Source: Phoronis australis (lineage: Eukaryota; Animalia; Phoronida). Taken from it: a stretch of 64,000 nt of DNA. Both the position numbers and the translations under genes were made by a program. Below, one piece after another: positions 39,600 to 51,999 of the stretch; positions within the stretch are counted from its first letter, which is position 1, and every line of letters starts with the position of its first letter. The stretch spans positions 521,898-585,897 of the forward strand of contig NMRA01000014.1 of assembly GCA_002633005.1 (NCBI GenBank). The letters run 5' to 3'. The notes under the pieces were generated by a model. It did no database searches, was not told the origin of the DNA, and saw only the letters and a list, made by a program, of their open reading frames with translations.

Positions 39600-40887
39600 T
39601 CATGAAGGTTAAGACTAACCTCACCATGCTCTTTCCCCTAAACATGTATTACCTGTTATTTCCACACATTCAGTTGCACCAGCCATCAACTATGTGCTGC
39701 TCTACCGGGCTACCCGTCGCAGCTTGACACAATCCCGCATTCTTGGTGTCTTCTTTCTTAGTCCGTTCTTGCTGCGTGGAGGACGACTGCTCACTTGCAC
39801 CGGACCTTTTGGACTGTGATTGTTTCATCCAGCAGTCCCTAGTTAGATGATCTTTGATAATTGAAACACTCCATGTCATCCTTGTTTCTGGTCATTTACG
39901 AACGAGGAGTTTCTGTCCTTCGTTCTTCTGTGTTGCTTGGCCGTGCCTGCCTTCTGGCTACCTGTCCCAAGTCTTTCTTTGCAAACCCTTTGCCCAACAA
40001 ACCAGTACAGTGGGCGTCCACGTACTGTTGAGAAATGGCCGACATCTCGTCGAAGGTCTTCGGTTTCCGTTCCCTCAGGAATACTAACATGTCAGGATGG
40101 CATACTCCCAGAAACTGTTCTCGGATCACTAAGTCTCTGAGTCCATCATAAGTCGCCTCGACCTCCGCCAGTTGTGTCCATCGGTCAAAGAACCTTTTCA
40201 GTCTTGCCCCGAATTGGAACACGTTTTCACCCTTTTCAGGCTTGGACTCTGAACTTTCGTCGGAACCCATCTTAGTTAATTCATACCTGTGTAGCAGCGC
40301 CACCTTTAGTTCGTCATAGTTGTTAATTTGGTCGGACGGCATGTTGTTGAATACCTATAGGCCTTTACCCGCCAACAATGGACTCAAATTCACAGCCCAC
40401 TCCGATTTATCCCATTTCTGGCTTGTGGCAAATGTCTCAAATCTGGCCAGGAAGGCATCCATGTCGTCTACGCGCTCGTCGAACCTTGGCAGTTTGGGAC
40501 GACTGGTACGTACACCACTGCTTGAAGCCCACCACTAGGTGTCGCTTTGAGCTCAATCTGGAGTTGCAATGTCTTCTGCTTCTCAATCTCAATCACTTGG
40601 GCCCGCTCGGCTCGTTCTTGTTCGAGCTTATGTTCATACTCGGCTTGCTCTAGCTCTCGCTGATGAGCACGCTCTGCTTGTTCCCGTGCAAGCTCTGCCT
40701 TTTCCAGCTCTTGTTTATGGGCACGCTCTGCTTATTCTTGTGCAAGCTTTGCCTGTTCCACTTCCCGTTTATGGACCAGCTCTTCCCGCTCCAAGGCCTG
40801 CCGCAAGAGCTCCTCTGCGCACTTCCTTAACTCCTCACCTGTATAACAGAATTGTTTCGCTTGCGCAATATATTTTTCAAATTCCAT
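39600..40887 (-). pseudogene. Gypsy (Gmr1-like) gag with SCAN-type capsid domain, disrupted
   Basis: ATG at 40887 (MEFEKYIAQAK...), a coiled-coil region, PKLPRFDERVDDMDAFLARFE, WAVNLSPLLAGKG, YDELKVALLHRYEL, LRDLVIREQFL..C...L.ERKP and a decayed zinc knuckle. In-frame stops; truncated before pol. Confidence 0.85.
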
Positions 40888-40997
40888 TCTAGAGGAAAGG
40901 TTTTATTCCCATAATGCACTGTATTAATTAATATTCAAACAGTAATTACAGGATTCAAAACAATTCAACACAACCACGTAAATCTTTATTTAAACGC

Positions 40998-41014
40998 TCC
41001 CGGACTGGCCCCCA
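40998..41014 (-). promoter_or_regulatory. Primer-binding site, tRNA-Pro-like
   Basis: Minus strand TGGGGGCCAGTCCGGGA, 2 nt from the LTR end. Two mismatches to the canonical tRNA-Pro PBS TGGGGGCTCGTCCGGGA. Confidence 0.75.
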
Positions 41015-41016
41015 AA

Positions 41017-41889
41017 TGTCAGACGATTGACTGTGGATTTGTTTAAAAGGTAGTTATGCTTTGAGCGTAGATGGAGAGTGAATAATCAAATCCAGTAATT
41101 AATTTATTATATGATAACCCCTAATTAGACAAATGAAACCTATTGTTAATTAAGTAATCAACTACAAAAAGTAACTACGCTAGCGCCCTCTTTAAAGATT
41201 ACTTTAATCACACAACCAAACAATAAAATGTCTTATCTGCTATCCAAGCTAGGACTCTCCACTTGTTGGATGACTGTCCTGTTGGTGAATCTTCGAACTT
41301 CACACACTGTATAGCGACAGTGTACTTGCTGGTCACCGTCTCTGGTGATGCAACACTTGCAGGCAATTTCTTCTACCTGCGATTCTTCTTGCTGGTCACA
41401 GTCTCTGGCTGATGACGCAACCCCTCAGCTAATACCTTACTACCCACAATGCAAGTGTCAAGCTTTTAGTTAACTTCCTGTTCATGAACCCTTGCCTAGA
41501 ATCTTCCACGAGATAGCTCTATCGTACACTTTCCTCTGTACACTGTAGCAAGTCTCTATGCTTCGACTACTATAGCCCATCTATTTATCTTGTTGATTTC
41601 AATCTATAATGTAACATTCTACTTATTTAGGGATTGGCTAATAAAAACCACATGGTCATAACCACTCATATTATTGGCTGTTACAATTTGTTCTCAGAAT
41701 TTTCTAGAATCTCAAGAGTACTTTGACCCCAGAACCCAAAGTTGTAAACACCATCTAAAAATAGATTTTGACGTTAAAGTACATGTCAATAAGTCTGACC
41801 CCATGATTTAAAAGTACATATGCACAAATTTTGGGCAACTTAAAATGGATCTATTGTTACTAATTACTTAATCAATATTTATTCTGACA
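41017..41889 (-). mobile_element. 5' LTR (873 bp) of the SCAN-gag Gypsy element
   Basis: Termini TGTCAGA...TCTGACA, adjacent to the PBS. The distal end abuts a LINE fragment. Confidence 0.8.
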
Positions 41890-42320
41890 ATTGAGTATGG
41901 AATTTCTCAATCTCTTGTTTATATGTATGTTGTCAATTTTATTTCTGCTCCTGATTCCTTCCATGTCCATTGTCTACTTGTGTGATGTTTGAACCATGTG
42001 TGTGTAATCGTCATGTTGTTTACTCTGGCCCATTCGATTAGTTTTTCTCCTCTATCGTTTTTTCCTATTCAACAAGGTCCGACTGTATTTTCGTGTCTTT
42101 GGTTTCATACTTTTGCATTGAAATCTCCTTGTATTCTAAGTGTGTCTTGTGATTTGCAGTAATGACTTTGCCAGTTGTAGATCGTTGTGAAGTGTGCCCA
42201 GGTCTTCTGGGCTTTGTGATGTTGGGGCACAGGGTTGTATAATTTTGATGTCAAAGGGTTTTTTCCTCAGTCTTATTAGGAGGACACGGTCTGATAAAGG
42301 CTAATACCCCTTCATCGTAA
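41890..42320 (-). mobile_element. RTE-type LINE AP-endonuclease relic
   Basis: SDRVLLIRL..KPFDIKIIQPCAPT...QGDFNAKV...NDRGEKLIEWA..NNMTITHTWFKHH...WTW...NKIDNI.INKRLRNSILN. Confidence 0.85.
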
Positions 42321-44932
42321 TTGAGCAATGCGGTCATGAAAACCGGCAAATTTTAATGAAAATTTCACCAGCAATCCAGTCTCGGAGAATGTAATGTTTT
42401 TTCAAAAGGAAATAAATAAGAGTTTTAATCCTTCATTTAAAAAAATAAAGTTTTCTTGTTTTAAAGCAATGTTTTGTGAAGTAGAAAGAATAAATAATCA
42501 TAATCTGCAATAAAAAAATGACTTAATTTTCACCGAAAACAACTGTGTACAATCTGGTCAGGAAATAGAGTTTCTGACTTCAGACTCATTTTGTTGTGCT
42601 GGGTTACACATTGGTGTTTTTCATCAATACACGTATTTTAGATATAAAATAGTAATTTTGGAACGGTAGTAGGCCTTCAATACTATAAGCCGGGCGCTCA
42701 CATTACTGCAACTGACAATTTGACGCCAAATTGGAAAGTGTTTCTAGTCATGTGACACAGTTACTCGCCGGGGGCAAAGTGCCCTTTTCGAAGTGTGATA
42801 TCTAATGCACAAAGACGCTGAAGAGTAAAACATAAAAACATGTGTTTTAGCACTTACGTGCGTATTCAAGAGTGAATCACTCGATAGAAAAATATCATAA
42901 TAAATTTGAGATCACAACCAGTGGCAGATACCGGAGTGGTCTGTGTGGCAGCACGCTTGTCAATTGACCTATCGCAAGCTCCGCCCCCTTGTGAAAAGTA
43001 ACGTGACACACGATAAACAAACAAGAGGTCAGAGGCAAATACACTGTCGCTAAACCACGTTCCTGGTGGAATTGATGAGTGTATTTTGAACTTTCCGAAA
43101 TTGCTTCGACAAAAGCAACAGGCTATGCTTTTCAGCTAAGAATCGCAGGTTCATGATTTGGGAATTTTTAAAGGCCACGGTGAAAAAATAAGGTTTCAAG
43201 GAAAAGTATTTTGGAGCCAGCGAAAATCCGGAGAAACCCACACGGGGTTCACCCTCACTTGAAAATTGAAATGGCCACTGATGCCATATGTTCATATAAA
43301 TCTTATAATATTAGGAAGCTTTGCCCTCCACGGACATGGGAACATGTTTTGGTCTTTAGCAGAACTTATCACATGTGTTGTGCAAGAAATGGCACTGTTG
43401 ATTAGTAATCTCACCAGTAGGAATATATTGTCCCAGACAGCGAGTCGTCAGCCTCACAACTAATTGTAATCTATTGTTTGTAAATCACAACGCTGCAAAT
43501 TAATAGACGTATTCTATTGTTAAGGTATTCGTGTGTTGTTTTATTTATTACTGCATGCACGCCATCTGTCACGCATTGATACACCACAAGCTGGGCATGT
43601 ACCTTATAGTCGAATTATGTGTACGATGCCATAGATTTCAGGATATTTCGAACAAAATCAGTAAAAATTTGCCAATATTATTATTCTGCCGTCTGCTCAA
43701 TTCCGCCAAATGAAAAGTAGGTCACAACTGATGGGTTTCCCTGAGGAAGGTCGAGTCGATAGCACTGTTTATACTTTTCTAATCCTCGAAAGAAATATTT
43801 TGTTTAAAAAAATCAGGTTCATAGCTCGGGCATATTCCTATCTTGTCCTAGGCAAGCAGTTAGCTCCGGTAAGTGTAGGACAGTCTCCAAGTCAGAATTA
43901 GTCATGGAATAAGCCGTAATCCAATACACCATAAGGACATTTAAGTTAGGTCAACCTTCTGATGAACTTCCTATTTTTGTAGTTTCATTGCATAAAGGTA
44001 GCTTTCATTTAATTTTGAACCACGTGATGCTTACAAAAGATGACAAGCCTGGTGTAGTGGCAAAATGGCCATTTACAAACACATCTAAAATTGTTTTTGA
44101 AAGCTTCATAAATCCAAGCATCTTGTTTGAACAATCACAAAATGACTTTAAAGGCGAAGGCAACCCTTTTTCATGTCATTTTGAGCTAAAATAAGGTTGG
44201 TTGGTTATCCTAGACATATTTTCCACTTAATTACAGCTTTTCGTAATTTTGTTAATTACTCGTCCGCTACTCCGGAAGTGAAGTTTTAGGAGGCAAGCAT
44301 TTCCCGCCAATTTCTTTTCATATAGTCTGACTGTGAGAGCTGCCGAGTCAGTCATTGTTCTACCTTGGTTGTGTTAAGTTACGTCGTCGTTTGCTTTCAT
44401 TTACTAGTCAGTCAACATGCCACACTGTTGCTGTGTACCGGGATGTACTAATTATCGTTTCACGCGCGCTTTGGGAGTACCTTAGCATCGCTTTCCGATG
44501 GATGACACACTTCGCCGTACTTGGCTCGTTCGTGTGAAGAACGCAGCGTTACCCGTCAACGCAACGTACAAAGCAGTCGAGAATTACCGTGTGTGTAGCA
44601 AGCACTTTCTTGTCGCACAATTTCTTGAGCTATAGACTAAAATAAGCTTTACCGACATCGTGTTGTTTATCGAGTAAAGTGGCGGCTTGGAAGCGCAGAC
44701 GAAGGTGCGTCAAAAATGCTGCGTTCCGATTGGTCAGTTAAGCCTTCAGTCATAATCCTGGTGATAAGTCAATTGATTTATCACCAGCATTTTGAGCGAC
44801 GGCTTAACTTGAATAAGCCTGAACGCTGCATTCTTGACAAACCTTCCTTTCCAAGCCGCCATTTCACCCAACAAACAACACGTTGCTGGATAAAACTTAA
44901 TGTTTGTTTATCGACAGTTCGCAAGGGGGCGG

Positions 44933-45062
44933 CAGGGGCGGATCCAAGAATTTGAGTTAGGGGGCCAGGGCAGACATTCACACCCCCGATCAGCCAAATG
45001 GAATCTGGGAGATTTTTAGGGGGACATGGCCCCCTTGCCCCCTCCCCCAAAATCCGTCACTG
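44933..45062. mobile_element. Short MITE related to 363-1319
   Basis: CAGGGGCGGATCCAAG ... AAAATCCGTCACTG terminal inverted repeats. Confidence 0.6.
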
Positions 45063-46469
45063 CTTACGTAAACTTTATGAAACTGGACCAAATGATGGGA
45101 TTTTTGAACACTTGCCGGCCACAGAGAAATGAGCTGTTGTATCACGTGACCATCACGAGGAGGTGCTTATAAAATTAGGTAGCCTCCCATAGCAAGGCGT
45201 CAGTGAATGTTTGAAATGTAGAATTATAGCGGAGGAAAATGCCAGCGTAAAACACAAGACGAAATTTAGAACTGGCTTGGAGAGAAGTAAGCGGTAAAAT
45301 CTCTGTACTCTCCTAAGATATGTGTTCAAATTTCAAAGTAGCTGGGTAACTTTTTTAGAGTTTTCTAAGATGCGCTACATCCGAAAACCGGCTGGACAGC
45401 TAACAGCACTCTCTCAAACAATGGCATTTCTAAAAATAACGTACGGCCTTAGTTAAATGTTTGAGTATCACCTACAATCCTTTGTGAATCCTACGGATAA
45501 CGAAGGGCAATATTTTAACGCACGCAAATCGTCTCCCGAGTTCAAAATAACGCCAGTGTCAGAACTGAATAAGTCAGTGTAGGCCTATCACTCCAGTAAC
45601 CTTCAGTATTGATGGCGGGGTTATTTACTTGACTATAATGCACGTGCTGAAGTTTATTAGGATTGTTTCTCGATCGCATTTTGCTATTAACTGCACGGTA
45701 GAAGCACACATAGCTAGTAGAATTAAAAACATACGGTTAGTAATATGTGCTTGAGGTTCATGGCAATAGGGCCGTCCCGGATTACACAGTAACACTCGAA
45801 TCTCGCTGTATTTACCCACAATGCCGTAAACATTCGCCAGGCATATTTGCTGCCTCGTTTTCGAGCAACTGAAGTTTCACATGTTATTTGTTGTTGTCTG
45901 ATTCTTAACAAGTTTTTCTCGGTTGCATTACTCTATTTGTTCTTCCTATGCTAACGAAGTATTTAGTGTTGTGTTGTGGACTGCAACACACTTTCGACCT
46001 CCATCAACAAACCACGTGGACAGTGCATCCAACGAAAGTACTTAGTCCATAACTGTAGTAACTCTTAATGTCATATAGTGGGCAGGTCCTTAATTAACGA
46101 ACGTACATATTTACACATCTCTACCACCATTCATAGCCTATCTGTAATGCGAAAAGAAATAAACGTATAAGCCACAGTGTCGATATCATGCCAAAAGCAC
46201 TCTTACAGGACACTAACATATTCAACTAGTCAGGGTTGGGCATAATTGGATGGGATCATTATAACTATTTCATTCTTACTTATGAAATCAAAATTTCATG
46301 TCATGCTTTACAAGCATATATGGAATGAATAATTTCATCTCGTAAGAACGGAAGTACTTATAAAAGTTGCGAGTATGAAGTTACATTTTAACACCTTACG
46401 TTGCAAACTCAGGGTCTCGGAACCAGGCATCAGGGATCGGGAGCGCAGTCCGTGCTTGAATAGGCTCGT

Positions 46470-47240
46470 TGTAAATTTATTGAAAGTGTTAAAATTGGTC
46501 CGATTGGCACTGGCTCTTCTCTGCAGTTCAGAGGTCCCTAAATGCTTGGCCTTTGAAACTGAATCAGCTCTAGTTAAATGTGCTTTGAAACTTGAAGTAT
46601 CAATTCTGGTTGCAGCCATAATCTCTTTGAGCTATCGTGCTATAAAAATAAGCCATCACAACCTTGTGAGGCCTTATGTAACCCAGAAATTGGTGGCTCT
46701 TTTGTTCTCGAGTCACTCTTTAATTGGCTGTTCTATACCAATATGTTCTAAGGTAGTTAACCGCACATAGCATCTCAATATGTTGAAAGGGCACGATGAA
46801 CAAGGTAAGTGGGTCTGTTAGGTCCTTTGGTTTTAGTCAGTCCCGCAATGGGGATGTCAATCTTGTCCCCAAAGTCAGTTATTATTGTGGGGTTGATTTT
46901 GTGCAACTCCTAGCCTCTGGCAATTGCAGTCGACGCTAACGGCATTTCCAGTTTCTGGACTTTTTAGTAACAATTCTTCTTTGTCTGCCAACAGTGCTAT
47001 GATGGTTTGCCGAAAATGATGATCGGTACTTGTTCATAGTAGCGTACTCGAGTTCTCTGTGGAACGGGGCTACAAGACAGTCTGCTATATTTTCCAAATT
47101 GGCTTGAAAAGGAACAAGCGCTCGTTCACAACACCAGCAAACCCATTTCTTCCAGGTGCTGTTTCAGTTCAATGTGAAGGCATCCGTCGTTATTGCCAGT
47201 GGGTTTGGCTTCCAGCTGACAGACTTCGTCGTTTAGGATG
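46470..47240 (-). mobile_element. DIRS-type tyrosine recombinase relic
   Basis: ELEYATMNKYRSSFS (N-terminal domain), LCAVNYLRTY..RT, GYIRPHKVV..IAR.LKEIMAATRIDTSSFKAHLTRADSVSKA..G, TFNKF. Includes the catalytic H..R box (canonical HSTR). Confidence 0.78.
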
Positions 47241-47827
47241 TCAAATTAAAACAAATTTAATCTGAGCCACCTACACCACGCATCTACACACGCTAAAACG
47301 TTCTAAGTTGTTCCCAAAACGTACGCACGTGATAAGGGTACAGTCGGAGATAACCCGTCCATGACACCCTCATTAAGTGAGGTGTCTTTGTATTGTTGAT
47401 AGATGTGCATTATTCAGAGAGAATAAAAGTCATCTTTAATTTTGATAGTTTGATTACATAAAAGCCTCTCCTGTTTAGTGACAATTTCTGACGAGTGATG
47501 TTTTTAAATGCTGAAACGTTTCAGTTTGCGTTCTTTCCATAAATCATCATGAAAACGAATGCTTCAAAAACTACGTCCCGAAATTGCTGTTCTCAATGCA
47601 AGGTAAGGAATTGTTGGTACGAACACTCTCTTGTTCTATGCAATGTTGGTTACAAGTACATGTAGTTCAACTGATATTACATAAGTCGTGTGCATTAGGA
47701 ACGTGCACTGTAAGCAGTATACCGAAATCTTTATTAACCTAAATTTGAAGATTGCCTAGTAGTTTGTAACAACTGATTTATGTAGAGCGAAAGCCTGACG
47801 CAACTGAAACTCTTGCTTAAAAACAGC

Positions 47828-48031
47828 ATACGACCACAATAAAATTTGGTCGGCGATGGCCGGTCGGCAAGCAAGGTCGGCAATAAGAGTACAGCTGGGG
47901 TGCGCCTTACGAGTCGGCAGTGCTGTCGGCTGAAGGTTGGGTACCTAGAAATTGGCCAAATGGTTGCCTACTTGGCGGACTGGCCGACTACTCCTAACCA
48001 CAGGTTAAAAATTGCTATAGGGGGTCGTATG
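47828..48031. repeat. Small palindromic MITE-like element
   Basis: CATACGACC...AAAATTT at the left end versus AAAATT...GGTCGTATG at the right end. Confidence 0.5.
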
Positions 48032-48041
48032 GTTTTCATAG

Positions 48042-48125
48042 GAGGCAGTGTGGCGAAGTGGAATGAGTCTTGGCCTAATTTACATAATTGAAAGGGTTCG
48101 ATTGCCACTGAGGCACATTGCTAGA
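48042..48125 (+). mobile_element. tRNA-derived SINE head
   Basis: GGCAGTGTGGCGAAGTGG (A box) then GGGTTCGATTGCC (B box). Confidence 0.55.
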
Positions 48126-49523
48126 CCTTTGAGTTAGGTTCCTAACTGCTCATCTCGTATTAATAAAGCATAAAAATTTTCCTGTTGATGGGTGCAATGG
48201 GCCAACATGTATGTAAGCGACCTGCGCTGCATGAAACAACGTCTACCATACAACCTGCAATAAGTTATTCGTGTAGTTTCTCGCATCCTTTCGTCCTGAG
48301 CATGTATTGAAGTAGAAGTCTTAAAAAAAGCAAATCAATAGTTCACCTACCATTAAAAAGTAGCATGTGAAGAGACCTATCAGATATAGTTTAATTCATG
48401 TTTTTCAGTGTTTTGTTCTGCTGCTCCGGCACACATGTGGAAGGTTGCTTTGATGGCGACGACTGTTAGAATTGGTAAGCATAACACTACTAACTATAAT
48501 CAAGGACTAATACCTCTTCTATAGATTGAATGTCTCTTCACGTTACATGCGATGAAGTTTAAAAGCACGACTTCACACGAGTCCATTGTCGCCATGGAAA
48601 TTTGACGTCCCTTCGGTTCCGTCAAAATCGTCTACATCAAGAAACAAATAGGCGTACTCACAGACAGTTCACTAAATTCTTCCAAACTGAGTCCGTAGAT
48701 GCGTTCAAAATTTGCACTAATGAAGTCTGAAAGTCCCAACAGACCTTAAAAACATCTTCGTCACGGAAGTTACAGGATTTACGACAACAATCATGAAGCG
48801 GGGAAACCATTAGCCTTGCTGACCCAAAGAACTTGGTCCATTTCCTAACAAATTCCGACTTAAATCTTTTTCATAAATGAAGCAAGTACATGAGTCTGTA
48901 GGCTGCTCACTATCTTTATTCAATACAACGTTCATATTTCAGTGAAACGTTATCCTTATTTACGTAGCGATGCATGTATGAAGTGTGCACTGACATGCAG
49001 TTTCTGCGGACCAAAGCTGTGGCACTATTTAAAAAAGGTCAACCCAACGCACTTCACGTCAATTGTGTCAGGTCATACATGTAACTCCTTTGTTCCTAAA
49101 ATAACGCGTAACAAATCACCAAGTAGAGGATAAAGCGCTCCTACAATGACTTTTGACCTTTTTGACTTTTTTGGACCATGGATAATCATGTTTCAATGAA
49201 AAATTGAATTAAATAATGACTTAATTTGGAAAATAAGCGAGGAATTTTAATGAAAATTTGATAATTTTTGGTTTCCCTCCACGTGATGTCACCAGTGGAA
49301 GATGTCGATCAGTTCACAGTGTATAAGCGATTGCGATAAGTAGTGGGGATTTTGCAAGTTACGAAGACCTAGAGAGCGAGCTTGATGAATATTACGAAGA
49401 CTTCGCCATATCCATATCGTCAGACATTGCATGTTTGAGGAAGTACGAACTCGACCCTCCGGCATCGAAGTCTTCGGCGAGTGAAGCCGAGTTGGAGCCC
49501 ACCCAACTGTGCGAACAGTCCAG

Positions 49524-50907
49524 AGCCCGGTCTCCAATCTCCGTACTCAGACTCAAATCATGCTCAAACTCACACTTCATACTCAACTCGATTACAGACT
49601 CAGCTCTGGTGTATTCAATGTCATACTCGAAAAATCTGTACTCGAAATTTCGAGCACGTACTCAGTTTTCGAGTGTACTCGAACTGAAGTGTATCTCGTC
49701 TATATTTCGAGTACGATTTTGAGTAAAAATTCGGAGTCTATGCTCAAATTTCAAGTTTGGTATGGCAGTGTGCTTGAAATCGTACTCGAAAACAAATACG
49801 ATCCAGAGAACAAAATATCGAAAGGGAACCAAGAAACACAGCAAATCTAAAAAATAAGTCCTCTTACCGTATCTCAGCACTTCAATTTCAGTTCAGAGAT
49901 GATAGTTTTCATCTTAAATCTTCTTATTCTTCACCTTATTAACCCGCCGTATCACTGTATGTTATGGCCGCCATTCTACCTCTACAATTCCTGGCAACAG
50001 GCGCATTGTAATACCTTGTCAGAGATTCATAACAAGTGTCGAAAGCAGTTGTGGGAAAAGTCGTGTGACAAGTTTGTGCTGCCCTTATTTCGGTATGTGT
50101 GCCTACGTTTTGTATGGTTTCCAAAAGACGAGGAGGGGAGGGAAGTTAAAAAAAAGTTCGCTTCCCTGTCAGGTACATTTCTCATCATAACTTAGTCATC
50201 TATAATTCCTCAATCCCCAAATGGAATTCCAGATTTTGTTTGCCGATTTCTAAGTAGACGTCTCGTCCCGTTCACTGCCACTGGTGAACTCTGAATGCCT
50301 CCACAAGTATTGTTTTTTAACTCACGTGCCAAATGTCAACTCACTTGATACATTTCGGTAAAATACAAAGATACAGTATCAAAGTTTGACATCAGCGTAG
50401 GCCTACACAGCAATGGGTTTTATGTCAAGACTAAATTAGCAACAGAGATGTGTGATAAGCTGTTACATATTTCTTAAGACATTTTCAGGACTGTGTGAGG
50501 AACTCAAGAAGTCAAGCTTAATAATTGCCAAATGTATTAAAGAAATGGCATAAGAATATTTATTGAAACTAAAAAATGAATAACAGTTACAGAACACTCA
50601 GAATTCCACGTTATAGACATACTCTTGTAGTTGTAGCGACAGCAGACGATAATGTAGGCTTAGTTCTTGGGGTGGTCTATTCCAATAGGGAGCGATGAAT
50701 CAGTACGGCTTTGCGTGATATGGAATTTCACATCATAAAGAGTTCCATAGCAACTCGAGTATGAATGTCAGATTTGAGTACGTTTGGAGCCTACTCGAAA
50801 TACGACATTAGATACGCTTTTTTGAGTACGACTCCAGTGAGCACGATTTTGAGTATGAAATCTCGAGAATGAGTATGAGTGTGAGTACGGAGATTGGAGA
50901 TTGGGCC
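49524..50907. mobile_element. Harbinger-like MITE, same TIR family as 27999-28399
   Basis: CAG|AGCCCGGTCTCCAATCTCCGTACTCA ... TGAGTACGGAGATTGGAGATTGGGCC|CTG, with ACTCGA/TACTCA subrepeats. Confidence 0.72.
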
Positions 50908-50910
50908 CTG

Positions 50911-51060
50911 GCGTGCGTTCAGTAGACGCTAGGACCTACGCTAGGACCTAGCTAAAACCTAGTCAAAGTCACGTGTTCTCATTTAAAATACACTTCAGTA
51001 TCTCAAGTAATCTCGCGAAGTCTTGCTTTTTAGTGAGGTCCTAGCGTTAATGAACGGGAG
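50911..51060. mobile_element. Second small Harbinger-like MITE sharing a CTG target with the previous one
   Basis: CTG|GCGTGCGTTCAGTAGACGCTAGGACC ... GGTCCTAGCGTTAATGAACGGGAGC|CTG. Confidence 0.6.
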
Positions 51061-51639
51061 CCTGATTTCAGAGTGGTAACTAAAGCACTATAATGAATCA
51101 CTATTTAGTTTTCTCACCACTTTAAATTCGAGTAATGGGTGTCTCAAACTGTAAATGGTGCCGACGTTTTTACACGGATTTCATGTCTTCGTATGCCGAG
51201 TGTGTTAATCAGGAACGATCATATCTGGTCATGGTGATGCTAATAGGATTTTATTTCTTGTAATGATACTCGTTTCTTTCTTGTATGTTCCCAAATTGCG
51301 AAAGTTTTCTACCGTTTGTCGATTTTTTCGGTAAAGTGTAGGACTCCAGCCTATGTACCGCTGCGGTCGTGACTCAAAGTATTTGCTTGACATCAACATC
51401 CCATTTTCTATTGGACATTGACATACATTTGGAGAGCATGCAGTTCCATGAAATCATGAACAAAAATAGACTGATGGAAACTTAAGGAAATCATATTCAT
51501 TATCTCAGTCACAATACGATGCTGCATGAGACTCACACTCAATATGTGCCTGACAACAACGTACCCAGCAATGGCACAACACACTACAATTTTCTCCATC
51601 AAATACACTTATACGTTGGAGAAACTTTCTTCGAATGAT

Positions 51640-51850
51640 TGAAGCATGATTCTTAAAACTAACTGAGCACAGGTGCCCCTCGGTGGACTGATCACTTTCT
51701 CCATCGTGCACTGCCATATCAGTCTGTATCTGACGCACGGAAATGGGCCGTTACGGTCTTTTGGAAACGCAAAAACAAAGCATGTTCCGGACAAGCTGAG
51801 TGAGCAGACCAGCCGGAGTGATAAAAAAGACATTGTAAGGAACGTGTTGT
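51640..51850 (-). pseudogene. Third, distinct THAP-domain relic
   Basis: FAFPKD.../VRQIQ...G....HLCSVSF resembles THAP FP.D...W...LCS.HF. Heavily decayed. Confidence 0.4.
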
Positions 51851-51999
51851 TGTGGCTCAGTATGTGCCACAAGAAAAACACCTGACGCCATTCGTGCCCT
51901 CGCTGTGGTAGCACTCGAGCGCGGATTTCGGACGACGAAGCAATACTCACCTGAGAAGTGGACAAATTAGCAAGCATGTGTGACGTGATCTCGTCGATA

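Noticed and set aside
40569-40892. ORF with repetitive ALP/HAL sequence on the + strand
   Set aside because: It is the antisense shadow of the coiled-coil part of the Gypsy gag.
48042-48125. Possible tRNA genes (also 580-642 and 10829-10897)
   Set aside because: Only A/B boxes are present; acceptor and anticodon stems do not form, so they were called SINE-like.
48940-49080. SFCGPKLWHYL, like a CR1 LINE ORF2 C-terminus (similar scraps at ~26340-26600 and ~28920-29160)
   Set aside because: Too short and decayed to delimit or classify reliably.
49540-49800. Recurring ACTCGA/TACTCA units that could suggest a CRISPR-like array
   Set aside because: Short, irregular subterminal repeats of a MITE; no fixed repeat-spacer period and the context is eukaryotic.
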